Assembly (NCBI GenBank): GCA_964016885.1
Contig: OZ024742.1
Coordinates: forward strand, 128,898,001-128,962,000
Reading direction: 5' to 3'
DNA from: Eledone cirrhosa
Taxonomy: Eukaryota
DNA length: 64,000 bases
Shown one piece after another: positions 14,466 through 27,085 of the stretch. The notes below the pieces were generated by a model. The model saw nothing but the letters and a program-made list of their open reading frames with translations, did no database searches and was not told the origin of the DNA. A program made the position numbers and the translations under genes. Within the stretch, counting starts at the first letter, position 1. Each line of letters opens with the position of its first letter.

Positions 14466-14539
14466 GATATATTTTTATGTGTATATTTATATATAAGTAT
14501 ATGTGTATATATATCTATGTGTATATGTGTTTGTATATG

Positions 14540-14583
<44 letters not shown>

Positions 14584-14987
14584 GAAATGATGATGATGAT
14601 GATGATATGTGTATATATGTGTGTGTATATGTATATATGTGTATATATATGTGTATATATATATGTATATGTATATATATGTATGTGTGTGTGTGTGAAT
14701 GTGGTGAAGATAATACGTCGGCAATGACATGTTGGTCATAATGTCGTTATGCAGACAGCCAGACATACAGACAGAAATTATAAGGGCGCGACGGAGATCA
14801 ATAACCAGTGCCTAACACACCTTTAACAACAAAAAATTGAAAAATAAAAGCTGCAATTAATAACTTTAGACTGCAAGGAATACAGAAATGCAAGTTTGAA
14901 GTCAATCGGAGTAGAAATGTGGATTTGTATAGACTTTGCAAAAATGGGGAAACACACACTGCCAACTACAGTTTTATATATATGTAT

Positions 14988-15590
14988 AGATAGTACAGTA
15001 TTATTGTTGAAAATATATAGTACAGTATTACTGTTGAAAATATATAGTATAGTACAGTATTACTGTTGAAAATATATAGTATAGTATTACTGTTGAAAAT
15101 ATATAGTATAGTATTACTGTTGAAAATATATAGTATAGTATTACTGTTGAAAATATATAGTACAGTTATACTGTTGAAAATATACAGTATAGTACAGTAT
15201 TACTGTTGAAAATATATAGTATAGTATAGTATTACCGTTGAAAATATATAGTACAGTATTACTGTTGAAAATATATAGCATAGTATTACTGTTGAAATAT
15301 ATAGTATAGTATAGTATGACTGTTGAATACATATAGTATAGTATTACTGTTGAAAATATATAGTATAGTATAGTATGACTGTTGAATACATATAGTATAG
15401 TATTACTGTTGAAATATATAGTATAGTATAGTATGACTGTTGAATACATATAGTATAGTATTACTGTTGAAAATATATAGTATAGTATAGTATGACTGTT
15501 GAATACATATAGTATAGTATTACTGTTGAAAATATATAGTATAGTATTACTGTTGAAAATATATAGGACAGTATTATTGTTGAAAATATG
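14988..15590. repeat. AT-rich ~27-32 bp satellite (tatagtatagtattactgttgaaaata)
   Basis: Visible tandem array of about 20 units. Confidence 0.92.
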
Positions 15591-15893
15591 TACACGAATA
15601 TATAATTATATAATTAATTAAAAGTTGGTTAGAAGCGAAGTCAATACAGACAGGCAGACATACAGACAGATATTAAAAGGGCGTGACGTTATAGCTATGT
15701 ATCTATTTAAAAAGACAGTAAAAATGAGAGAGGAATGTCGCATTATATATATTATATATAATAAAGTATCAGTAATGTACTGTAATAATTGCTGGCCTTG
15801 TGCCAAAAGTAGAAACAATTATACTTCTTTTTTATACAACTGTAAATAATCTGCTGTAATAAAATGTACAAATTAAACTGTCTCTTACTACAC

Positions 15894-15927
<34 letters not shown>

Positions 15928-16149
15928 TACACACACACACAGATAGAGGTGTCAATGTACAGAATAGTTTTCGTAATGCAGACAGCCAGACATACAGACA
16001 GTAGCTATGTATCTATCTAAAAAGACTAAATTTAGTAGACAAAAATACCCTCACTTTCTTACTTGGAAAAAGTTACATCTATGGTGCAAATTTGGTGCTG
16101 TTTGGTGAAAAGTTTGTTACATACATACAGCTGTCAGCTTTATAACATA

Positions 16150-16237
<88 letters not shown>

Positions 16238-16525
16238 ACGATAAATTAACGGAGGCATAGGGCCTCGCTATTCCCTGTAAATAATGTGCTCAAAGGAGAA
16301 GAGATCCTGAGCTCTTTAAAATACAATATGTTGAAAAGGTAACACACCAGAGAGAGATATACAGTGCGTTATCAATAATACAGGGAAATATATATATATA
16401 ATGTAGGAGGTGAGTTTTATTATAGAACAATAAAACTATGCATATATCAGATAAGTAGCACTCAACAGTTGATCGAACTGGAGTATATATAGAAGAAATT
16501 AAAAGATGGTTAAAAAAGTTCCATA

Positions 16526-16596
16526 TACTTTATTATGCGCATTTCAAAAACAAATATCATCCTGGGACGATAATTGCGTTCTCATCAGATAAAATA
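16526..16596 (-). ncRNA. Type I hammerhead ribozyme (inverted pLTR copy)
   Basis: Reverse complement: TATTTTAT-CTGATGA-stem II-GAAA-TGCGCA-TA-ATAAAGTA. Confidence 0.85.
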
Positions 16597-18440
16597 AGGT
16601 AACATGATATGATGCCTAAAAACACTTGTGAACAAGAAAGTGTCCAGTCAACATATGACAAAAAAATATAAAAGGAGAGAGAGGATTGGAAGATGGGTAA
16701 TATAGGCCGGTATTACCCTACCATAAGGATAATGAGAACCTAAATTACCCTATTAATGTTAAAACTGCTATAGTCAGAAATGTTGAAAAAAGAATCTGTA
16801 ATCTATCTTCTAATAAACATATCTTCGATGCACATGCCAACTATTACAATAATGCGCTATCCAGAGCTGGATATCCAGACAAAATTAAATACACTAAGGA
16901 AACCAATCTTGGCAGAACTTATAGTAATATAGCTAGCTATAAGCATACCACTAACATAAAGAGGAAACCTAGATATAAAAATATCATTTGGTACAACGCT
17001 CCATTCTCTCTTTCACTTATTAGTAATATCCCTAAATTATTTTTTAGGGCGTTAGATAATTGCTTCCCTCCTTCACATATTTATAGCAAAACTTTTAATA
17101 AGTATACCATTAAATTCTCATATTCCACCACTTCCAACATTTCTAACATTATCTCAAAACATAATACTAAAATATTAAATAATAACTCATATGCATCCAA
17201 CCTTGAGAGTCATAATAATAACACTATAAGGCCCGACGTCAATCTAAACTCTAGGCAAGATAACTTAAATATAAATACGACGTCAAACGTAACTTTGATG
17301 AATGCTTCAAATAGTAATCTAAATCAAGAAACATTAGCACCTCCTTTAGCTAATTCCACGACTACTATTCCTATTATAATTAATCCTGGGCCACTTACAA
17401 ATAACTGTTAATAATATTAATCGTAAAACTAAATGTCCTCTTAATAATTTCTGTCTCGATAAAAATCTAGTATACGAATGTAAAGTGCTAACTAGTACCA
17501 ATACTTATACCTACATTGGCTCAACTTCTACTTCTTTTAAGGCAAGACTATATAACTATTCTTCCTCATTTAAAAGGACAAACACTGCACTCTCAGAACT
17601 TATCTGGTCCTTAAAAGACAAAAAACATTAATTACAAAATTTCTTAGCGTAAAATATGCAATGCTTCTCCATATTCTAATGCTTCCATACCTAGGGCTTG
17701 TAATTTATGTCTAGCTGAAAAATTTACCATTATCTCGAATTTCAACTCTATAATAAATAGACGCACGGATTTATTTGGTCTCTGCATCCATAAATCTCTT
17801 AGGTCATTTCACAAAGTATACAGCTAATACTCTATATCTCATTCCACGAATAAAGGTTACAATTTTTTACACAAATATCTTTTCACTCATTTTTCTCGCA
17901 TATTTTCACTACATTCCTCAAAGTTTTAAACAAACTATGACGTTATATGGTTTTCTACGCTTTAAATCACTCTAGCAATTTCCTTTATCTACTTGTTGAT
18001 ACAAAATAATATTTAAATAGTTCATATATATTTCATTATATTCTTTTTCTCACTATTTTAAGCCTCTCACTTTTCCTCCTTTATCACATCAAATTTTCAG
18101 TATAAACCTTCGTAGATTTTGTAAACAAACTATGACGTCATATGTTTTTTTCTACGCTTTTTTCTACGCTTAAATCATTCTAACATTTTCCTTTATTTAC
18201 TTGTTGATTAAAATAATATTTAAATATTTAAATAGTTTTCGCACATATATAATTTTTTATATATAATTTATAATTTTTAATAGTAATTTTTTTAATTTTT
18301 GACATGGTTTGACTATTCTTTTCTACACATATATATATATTTTTTACACAAATATCTTTTCACACATTTTTCTCACATTTCTCAATACACTCTGTTTAAA
18401 CAAACTATAACGCTATATGGTCTTCTACGCTTATAAATCA

Positions 18441-19245
18441 CTAGCAGTAAAGCCCGGCGTTGCTCGGGGTCGCTCAGTAGCTGTGTTAAAGTTACAATGT
18501 TAAGTTTCTTTTTTGGCTTAAAAACTGTAATGTCTACTGTGCAGACTTGCATGTGGTGTTTTTGATTAATATTCCCTCAACCAACAATATGCCTTATGAA
18601 GTTAAGAAAACATAACGATAACCCGAATGTTATAACAAAAGAGGATGCTGGGGATAAAAACTGCACTGGTTATTTATTAACAAAGATCGAAAATGTAAAC
18701 ACTGCAACGCAGAGAAAAACATTAGCGTAACCAAATTATCAGTTATGTCTGTCTGCACGCCTATATCACCTCTCTGCACGACTGTCTGTCTGCATGCCTA
18801 TATCACCTCTCTGCACGACTGTCTGTCTGCACGCCTGAAATATTTGCTTGTTTTACGTAGTCTTTAAATAGACTTGTTTTCAAGTAAAAATATTGTTTTA
18901 AAATGCTTTTAAATGGAAATGAAGCAAAACGGAAGCTTAGTGTTCGAACGTATTGTGTTAATGTCATTTTAAACGCTGAGAAAGCCAGCGTAATTTTTTA
19001 CGTAAGACGCTCAATGTAAACAGAACAAAGGGAAATAACTGATAACTTACGCTCAAAAATCGATACATTATATTCGATTTCGTCACATAGGGTGGGTCAA
19101 TTTGAAATATTTTTTTTCCGATGTCTTCGCTAGGGCTCAATGTACAAGTATAGCAATTTCGGTGCAATTCCGTGAGAGATTCTAAGAGGAGATGTGTGCC
19201 AAAAATCGATAGACAGACAGACAACCACAGTTTTATATATATAGA
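18441..19245 (-). mobile_element. Non-autonomous Helitron inserted in the PLE
   Basis: Minus strand begins TC(TATATATATAAAA) and ends with hairpin CCCGAGCAACGCCGGG followed by CTAG. Inserted between A and T with no TSD. Confidence 0.85.
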
Positions 19246-19647
19246 TTTAATTTAATTTAATTTTATTAATACATTTTCACATCTCTTAATCAACTTTTTT
19301 TTAGTATATAAACCCAAAATAAATAATATACTTAGTTTCTATATTTGTAATCTAAGCACATAAACCTCATCAATTTAATTATTTATTTATATATTCTTTA
19401 GCTGTTATTCACAGCTGTTTTTCATTTTTGACAGCGTTTCCCGATCAAAAGTCTCTCTCTCTCTCCTTCTCTCTCTTCCTTCCTTCTTAATTTTTCCTCC
19501 GTTATTTTCGCCTTCTCTTTTATGTCTTTTTCCTTTTCCGTCTTCCTTCTTTTTTCCAATCTTATCTCTCCTTTTATATTTTTTGTCATATGTTGATTGG
19601 ACACTTTCTTGTTCACAAGTGTTTTTAGGCATCATATCATGTTACCT

Positions 19648-19718
19648 TATTTTATCTGATGAGAATGCAATTATCGTCCCAGGATGATATTTGTTTTTGA
19701 AATGCGCATAATAAAATA
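19648..19718 (+). ncRNA. Type I hammerhead ribozyme
   Basis: Perfect 8-bp stem I TATTTTAT/ATAAAATA. CTGATGA at 19656-19662, stem II with tatcgtcc/ggatgata, GAAA at 19699-19702, palindromic TGCGCA stem III, AUA site. Confidence 0.88.
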
Positions 19719-19841
19719 TATGGAACTTTTTTAACCATCTTTTAATTTCTTCTATATATACTCCAGTTCGATCAACAGTTGAGTGCTACTTATCTGATAT
19801 ATGCATAGTTTTATTGTTCTACAATAAAACTCACCTCCTAC

Positions 19842-19901
<60 letters not shown>

Positions 19902-20091
19902 TATATTATAAAGCTGACAGCCGTATATATGTAGCAAACTTTTCACCAAACGGCTGGACCAAACAGCACCAAATTTGCACCATAGATGTAACTTTTATAT
20001 ATGCAACTTTTTAAACCATCTTTTAATTTCTTCTGTGTGTGTGTGTTGCAAGCAGGGAAAAGCGGACGTAAAATGATGATGATGATGATGA

Positions 20092-20165
<74 letters not shown>

Positions 20166-20182
20166 ACCTATTTTTTTTGCAG

Positions 20183-20312
20183 TTTACCACCACCTGAAAA
20201 GAAAGATATTTTATTTAAGTTAGCTACTTTCTATAATATTTATGGTTTATCAGTAAATGGTACCTTTCAAGACTTTGATTTCCATAACAATGGGACTGTT
20301 ACAGAAAGTCAG
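20183..20312 (+). CDS. Host gene exon 3: LPPPEKKDILFKLATFYNIYGLSVNGTFQDFDFHNNGTVTESQ
   Basis: ttttttttgcag acceptor; gtgagt donor at 20313. Phase 2 in, phase 0 out. FQDFD...GTVTESQ repeat motif. Confidence 0.88.
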
Positions 20313-20469
20313 GTGAGTTCTTCAGTTACTAAATTCTTTGAAAAATACTTTTGTTTCTTGATCCTTTTTTGTTTTTGTCCTATTGCCTTTCTTCCAGAAC
20401 TATTTAATTTGTTTGATGATTTCAAATGGATGAAACAGCTCTAGTCAGGAAGAAGTCATTTCCACATGA

Positions 20470-20546
<77 letters not shown>

Positions 20547-20801
20547 TCTTTCACCCGTGTCTTCCCACGATGGGACCTGTACACTTTTTTTCTCCTATTC
20601 CTTTTCCCTTCCCCCTTTCTTCCTCTCTCCTCATCCTTTTCTCCCCTGTTCTTCCTCCTTTCCCTCTCTTTCCTTTTCTCTCTCCTTTCCCTCTCTTTCC
20701 TTTTCTCTCTCCTTTTTTCTCCTCTTTTTTTTTCTCTCTTTCTCTCTCCTTTTCCACCTGGCCTTTTGATTAATAAAAGGCCTCGGGCGCACCCGAAATA
20801 C

Positions 20802-20863
20802 ACCGATGTCCTGTAATTCAGCGCCGAAACATCGGTTCGGGAAACATTTACAGCTGACGATGG
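20802..20863 (+). ncRNA. Candidate hammerhead ribozyme with non-circularly permuted strand order
   Basis: accgatGTC-ctgtaa ... ccGAAAcatcggt ... ttacagCTGACGAtgg. Stem III is 7+1 bp perfect and stem I is 6 bp perfect; stem II is only 2 bp. Confidence 0.6.
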
Positions 20864-20955
20864 AAACTCCTTTCTTCCTTTCTCCTCCTGTTCCATCCTA
20901 ACCACCATCCTAAACCTTGTTTTTATTAACCACACAGCTCCTTTCGTTTCATAAC

Positions 20956-21037
<82 letters not shown>

Positions 21038-21240
21038 GGAGGAATTTACATTTAACTAACAAACACCTATTGATTATAAACGACTTAAAATAATCCCATG
21101 GTTGATAGCTGTGAGTAACAAACAACACATGTACATAAATACGAACTACAACACAAAAACACTTAAATGAAAATCACATACCCAACTCTATCTAGTGCTT
21201 TAATTACACCTTACATAAAAAATACTATATATAAAATATA

Positions 21241-23163
21241 ATATTTTTCTTCAGTTATAAGTAGATAAATAAATAAATAAATACATAAATAAATAAATAA
21301 ATAAATAGATGGGTATATCATGTTATAGATAATTGTTCTAACGAGTTATGAGGGATATTGGTTTTGTATTTAATGTAAATAAATATTAAGTTGAATTAAA
21401 TTAAAATGGGAATATACGGAAAAAACTCCGGTTTAGTTTATTTTTTCGTTAGTGTGAGACTATTTAGTTGAAATAAGTATTCTGTAGAAGTTGCACCGAC
21501 ATAGTTAAATGTATTATCACTATTTTTAACTGTACATTTATAGACAACGTTTTTATCTAAACACTTATTTTGTAAAGGACAGTTTGATTTAATTCTACAG
21601 TTACATTTGTTGTTGTTCGGAATGGTACTATTATGTTGGATATTGCTAGAGATATTACTGCTATTTTGATTATTTTGGTTAGGGTTTAAATTTCTATTAT
21701 TAATTCTATTTAGATTTTGTGCTATGTTTATAGTAGTAAAGTAGGATAGTTTTATAGTATGTCTTCTACAGAATTTAAAAGTCGCTGGAATAATCACAAA
21801 TGCTCTTTCCAAAGATTTGATAAAAAATCTTCAACTTCTCTTTCAAACCTGATATGGAACTTAAAATGCAAGAATATGAACTATTCATTAGCTTGGGAAA
21901 TAGTTTCAAAAGCACCTGCGTACTGAAACACAGCTTTATCTAAATTCTGCAAATTGTGTATTGAGGAATTTTTTTTCATACTTAAATGTAAAAACTCTAT
22001 TAATCTAAGAACAAATTTATTTAATTCTTGTAGACATCGCCTGAATTCAACATTCAGAACTATATATAACTTATAAATTATACTTATAATATTTCTACTT
22101 ATTTCCATAACAATCTCATCCACTTGGTTTTAATATATTGATATCTCTAAATCATAATATCTATAACATTTGCTATAATTCCACTTCTTAAAATTTCATA
22201 AAATATATACGTATATAATTCTAATTTTTTTAAAATTTTAATTTCTTTAAAATTACTTATGTCTTATAAATTATTTAAAAAAAAATTTCTAAAATTTTAA
22301 ATATTTTTTCAATACTGTATCAATATTTTTTCAATACTTTTTAATAGATTTATAACCACTAACTGATTATGGCTAAATGTATCTTTCAACATCTATACTT
22401 ATTTCAACTAAATAGTCTCACACTAACGAAAAAATAAATTAAACCAGAGTTTTTTCCGTATATTCCCATTTTAATTTAATTCAACTTAATATTTATTTAC
22501 ATTAAATACAAAACCAATATCCCTCATAACTCATTAGAACAATTATCTATAACATGATATACCCATCTATTTATTTATTTATTTATTTATGTATTTATTT
22601 ATTTATTTATCTACTTATAACTGAAGAAAAATATATTATAAACAAATTTTAAACAACTAATAATCGTAAATACACTTACTGTTAAGATATATGCTTAGAA
22701 TATATTTCCCTCAAATTAACGTTATATGAGTTTTATTCATCTTCTCTTGTTTTCTTTCTTCTCTCTCTCTCTCTCTCTCTAGCACTATTTTATCCTCTCC
22801 TCCTATCTCTTCTCTCTCTCCATAGTCATTTAAATAAACGGTTGTTTTGCATATTCACATATAAGTTTGAAAAATCCCTAATATATTTCCACTATCCAGT
22901 GAATTTCCAACCGATAAGGTATGATTTTCATGGGTATGTTTCTATTTATAAAACAAACTTTGTATTTTATCTGATGAAAGCATATCAATGTGTCTTGGTA
23001 CCCTTGAAATATATATAATAAAATAAATATGGTTTTATAAATATAGTTTCCATTTATTTAATATCATTGAATATTTACTCCAGTAAACTGTTGAGTGCTC
23101 TAAATCAGTTATAAACATTTATATTTGTTGGACTTCCAACAAATTAAATACCCCTTCTACTTA
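21241..23163 (+). mobile_element. Second PLE remnant with internal inversion; GIY-YIG split across strands; (TA)n tail
   Basis: Minus 21479-21762 encodes IKLSY..CNCRIKSNCPLQNKCLDKNVVY..YVGATSTE. Plus strand from 21763 encodes STEFKSRWNNH..STSLSNLIW..CKLCIEE..CRHR. 21241-21480 is the reverse complement of 22395-22634. Confidence 0.88.
22963..23025 (+). ncRNA. Type I hammerhead ribozyme
   Basis: TATTTTAT-CTGATGA-aag...ctt-GAAA-TATATA-TA-ATAAAATA. Confidence 0.85.
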
Positions 23164-23330
23164 TATATATGTATATATATATATATAAACAATTACTACA
23201 TGATTAGGACTGTTTCATTTGTATGAAATCATCAAAACATTTCTAGTCTTGTAGAAGTAATTACTTTACCTACCTATTGAGTACTTTTTTAACTGTTGTT
23301 ACCACCAACACCACTCACAATCCTACATAT

Positions 23331-26050
23331 ATCATCATCATCATCATTATCCTCACTGTTTAATATCCATTTTTCCACACTAGCATGGGTTAGATGAGTT
23401 ATGCTGTTATGAGCAATGCTAGGTCAGATGACAAAGTCTTACTCACACAGAACCGATTTGGACTTGATTTCTACAGTTGGATGCTCTTCCTAGTGCCAAC
23501 CTCATTTACAGTGAGTACTGTGTACTTTTTGTCATGACGCCTACACAACTATTTTACAGTGTGCACTGGGTGATTTTTGCCATGACACCTACATGACCAT
23601 TTACCAGTGTGGACTGGGCACTTTTTGCCATGTCACCATCATGACCATTTTACAGTAAGGGCTGCAGGCTTCACTTGATGAATACTTCAGCCTGTCCTCA
23701 TGGAAGGTGGGGTGGAGTGGTGCATAATATATATATGCTTTAGCTTTGGCCTGTGCCTCTGGGAAGTTGAGTCTTCTGTATTACTGTGTAGGATCAAGAT
23801 ATCTGGTGCTCTGTAAATCTCTGTAACCAAGATTTACATTGTGTATATTGTATGGAGTGTATGCCTACTCTTTTTCTACATATTGAGCAGGGCCACTTCT
23901 CTTAAGGGATCTGGGTCCTATCTTCTCTCATACTCTCTAGCACTTTAGTTATGGCTAAGTTTCATCTCAGACCTTTTGAATCTAAATTCTGTTTCCATAG
24001 TTGGAACTTATTTTCTAAATCTTTAATGGAGTCAGCTATAAGGACCAGATCATCTGCATAAAGAAGTTGCTATGGGCAGCCAGTCTTAAATCCTCTGTTA
24101 TAGTTTGGAGGACTATAACAAATAGTGGTGGGCTAAGAAGCAAACCTTGATGAACTCTTTCTTGTATCTTGAATTCCTCACTAAACTCATTTCCTACTAC
24201 AGCTCCTCTTTACATGGCCTGCACTGTTCTCACCAACCACATAATAGATCAGGGTACTCTGTCAAATACTTTTTCTTGGTCAATGTAAGCTAGGTATAGT
24301 GGCTTATTTTTTGGCTAAGAACTTCTCTTGTAGATGCCTCACTAAAAAGAGGACATCTGTAGTATTTTCCCAAGCGTGAAACCAAACTGCATCCTATCTA
24401 ATTTGACTCTTTCTTAAATTAGTTGTGCTAGAACTTTTTCTGTCACTTTCATAACTTGAGCCACTAGTTTCAATCCTCTATAGTGGATCCTTTGTAGAGC
24501 ATCACCTTTGCTCTTGTAGCAATTTACGATTCTACTGCTGTGCCAGTCATTGGACACGACATCATGCAGTTTACTAGTTTGACTCCTAATTCTCCTGTTA
24601 CTTTTACCATCTCAGCAGCTATCTCTGACGGTCTCACAGCTTTACCATTCTTCATCTTTTTGATTACTTCTTTGACCCTATAACTGTCAACTTCAATAGC
24701 TTGTCCTTCTGTTGGGTTATTTGGGAGTAGTTTTACCCTATAACTGTCAACTTCAATAGCTTGTCCTTCTGTTGGGTTATTTGGGAGTAGTTTTTTTTCC
24801 TCCTATTCATTCTCTGCATACATCAGTCTCTCAAAGTAACATTTCTAGGTGTCTTTCTTTTGAGCATCACTGATGTCATTTCTAACACACTTTTTCCCAA
24901 CAACATCACAATTTACATTGACATGCTGCCTTGCAATGCAGAACACTTTGCATCTGTGATCCTCACATTTTAGGATGTTGGCAAACTTTCTTTCTTTAGC
25001 TCTCTCCAGGTGGTGTATACTTGTTGCCTAGCTTCTTTCTTAGCCACCTGGTACCGGTCTCTGTTAACCCCATTTTTCCAGTCTTTCCAAGCCTGTCTCA
25101 TGCCTTTAATGACTGTATCTACTGTGCTGTTCCACCACTAGGTCACCCTCTGACTGGTTGGTGCTCTTCTCCAGCGACAAGTCTTGTCAGTAGTTTGCAA
25201 TGTAAGAATTTCCAGTTGTCCTCTATGTATCTAGCTTGTCACTTCTCTCATCAAATGCATCCCGTAGGACCTTTCTAAACTTATATTTAACTGAGAGATC
25301 CTTTAGATTCTAGACCCTCCATTTACCTATTTTCCTGCGTGTCTTGTTGTCTGATGCTTATTTTGATGTCACAAATAACTAAGTTGTGCTGAGCAGTGAA
25401 TTCTTCCCCAGGGAAGGCCTTAGTATTTATTACAGTTCATTTGTCTTGTTGACTAACAAATAAATAGTCAATTTGGCTTGTGTGTTTGCCTGATTGATAT
25501 GAGATCAGATGGTTGGCTGCTTTCCTGAAATTTCTGTTGCAGATGGTTAGTTCATTTGCATCACAGAATTCCAGAAGTCTCATCCCCCTCTTCATTTTGT
25601 GAGCTATAGCCACTGAATCCATCCTGGTACTGCCCCGCTTGTCCATTGAAGTCACCTACCATGATGATGAGGTCACCTTTATCGGTACCTGAAGTCGTCT
25701 GTAAAAGTTCTACATAGAATCTGTCTTTTTGTTTTTTACTCAGTCCTATCCATTTCTCAACTAGTAAGATGTCTACACCTCCTGCCCCATTGTCATTTAC
25801 TATCTAGTAAAGCATATATCTATGCTGTTTGCCTGTCAGTAGTCTTGCTGAGGCATCCCTCTATCTTACCTCTTGTACACAGCAGATGTCGACTTCTCTT
25901 CTCTCTAGCAGTTCCACTATTTCGCCTGATTTACCTTTCAGGATGCCAACATTGAGGGTGGCAGTCCTGAGTTTTGTACCTTGTCAGTTGCTATTTCTTT
26001 GGGTTGAAGTTTTATATATTTGAAAGGGAAAAGGGTTGTGTAGTTGAGGG
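23331..26050 (-). mobile_element. Degenerate, internally deleted RTE LINE (APE + part of RT + 3' UTR)
   Basis: Minus strand: TLNVGILKG..VDICCVQEVR, LLEFCDANEL, SQIDY and RT remnants. (CAT)n and repeat-bearing UTR at the left end. ~60-bp tandem duplication at 24675-24795. Confidence 0.85.
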
Positions 26051-26819
26051 GTTCTTACACATGGCTACTCTAGCCACCCCATTACATTAGTGTGCAGCAC
26101 TAACATGACTAGTGTTAGTCCTGTATATACAATTTGTGGGAGTTATGTTTGTTACACTGTCCATATTTTGGCAGGGTTATTCTGGCTGGATGCTCTTCTT
26201 ATCACGAACTACTTCACAGCATAAACTGGGTGCATTATTCGTACCACCAGCACTAAAGAGATTGTCTTACTGGACTCAAGTCCTCTCCACCCTGTATTAG
26301 TTTTTATTTAGAGTGTCTGCTCTCTTAGACAGGTTGCCTTCACTACAGGTTACAGGGCCCACATCTCCCCTGTGCAGTAGTATTTAATCGAAGTTACTGC
26401 GTTCCTAGACAGGTTACCGAGCCCATGTCTACCCTGTGCAGTAGTCCATGTCAGCCAAACAGTGAGCAAGCAGGCAGTTGATAGGGCATGGGTGGATTGT
26501 CTGCAGAGACACGATAACAAGAAGTTATCGCGAGCTAATTTGGCTGAACGTTGGAATAAACATGATAATGTGTAATAGTAATAAATATGAAATTTCACAT
26601 CGAAATGGTAATAATATGAAAAGATATAAATAATAAAGTAAGATCATCTATTCTGAATTGGAATGACCATGCCGAATGTTAAGAAAGGCAACAAGGGAAG
26701 TTAGGAAATGCTATAACAGGAAGTTAGAGTGAACTATCTGAGTCCAGCCATTTTCGTTGCTATGGCAATGCGGCTGGACTGCTGATCGCTATATTTGATT
26801 TGCAAAGCTGTCTAAACAT

Positions 26820-26872
<53 letters not shown>

Positions 26873-26877
<5 letters not shown>

Positions 26878-27085
26878 AACGAGTAGGACCCCAACGGCTG
26901 AGCTCAAGCCGTTTCGATGGCTAATTCTGGACTAAAAAAATTTTTTTAGTCCAGAATTAGCCGTCGAAACAGCTTCAGTTCAGCCGTCGGGGCCCTACTC
27001 ATTCCTATTACCCACTCTACTACCCTAAGTATTGAGTACTTTGGTGCGTTATGGTCCACCTGGTTCCTTACCACATTTCCTTCGT
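26873..27085 (+). mobile_element. ~140-bp (TA)n-tailed short element with fold-back 5' end (family also at 48130-48470)
   Basis: Palindrome centred at 26940/26941. Shared sequence with 48140-48255 and its inverse 48268-48405. Confidence 0.7.

Larger units (their letters stand above)
16399..19845 (+). mobile_element. Penelope-like element (PLE) remnant: inverted 5' pLTR (16399-16691), RT thumb/linker/GIY-YIG pseudogene (~16695-17830), 3' pLTR (19553-19845), (TA)n-flanked
   Basis: RICNLSSNKHIF..YYNNALSRAGY, NIIWYNAPFS, KCPLNNFCLDKNLVY..YIGSTSTSFKARL and CNLCLAEK motifs. ~290-bp inverted repeat carrying a hammerhead motif. Confidence 0.88.

Noticed and set aside
21924-21926. In-frame TGA in GIY-YIG as selenocysteine
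   Set aside because: Not at a conserved Cys position, and the element is rearranged; simple decay is more likely.
23192-23260. Minus-strand TTGATGA...GAAACAGTC hammerhead-like motif
   Set aside because: Uncompensated U3, poor stem II, and stem I displaced by 7 nt; at best a decayed relic.
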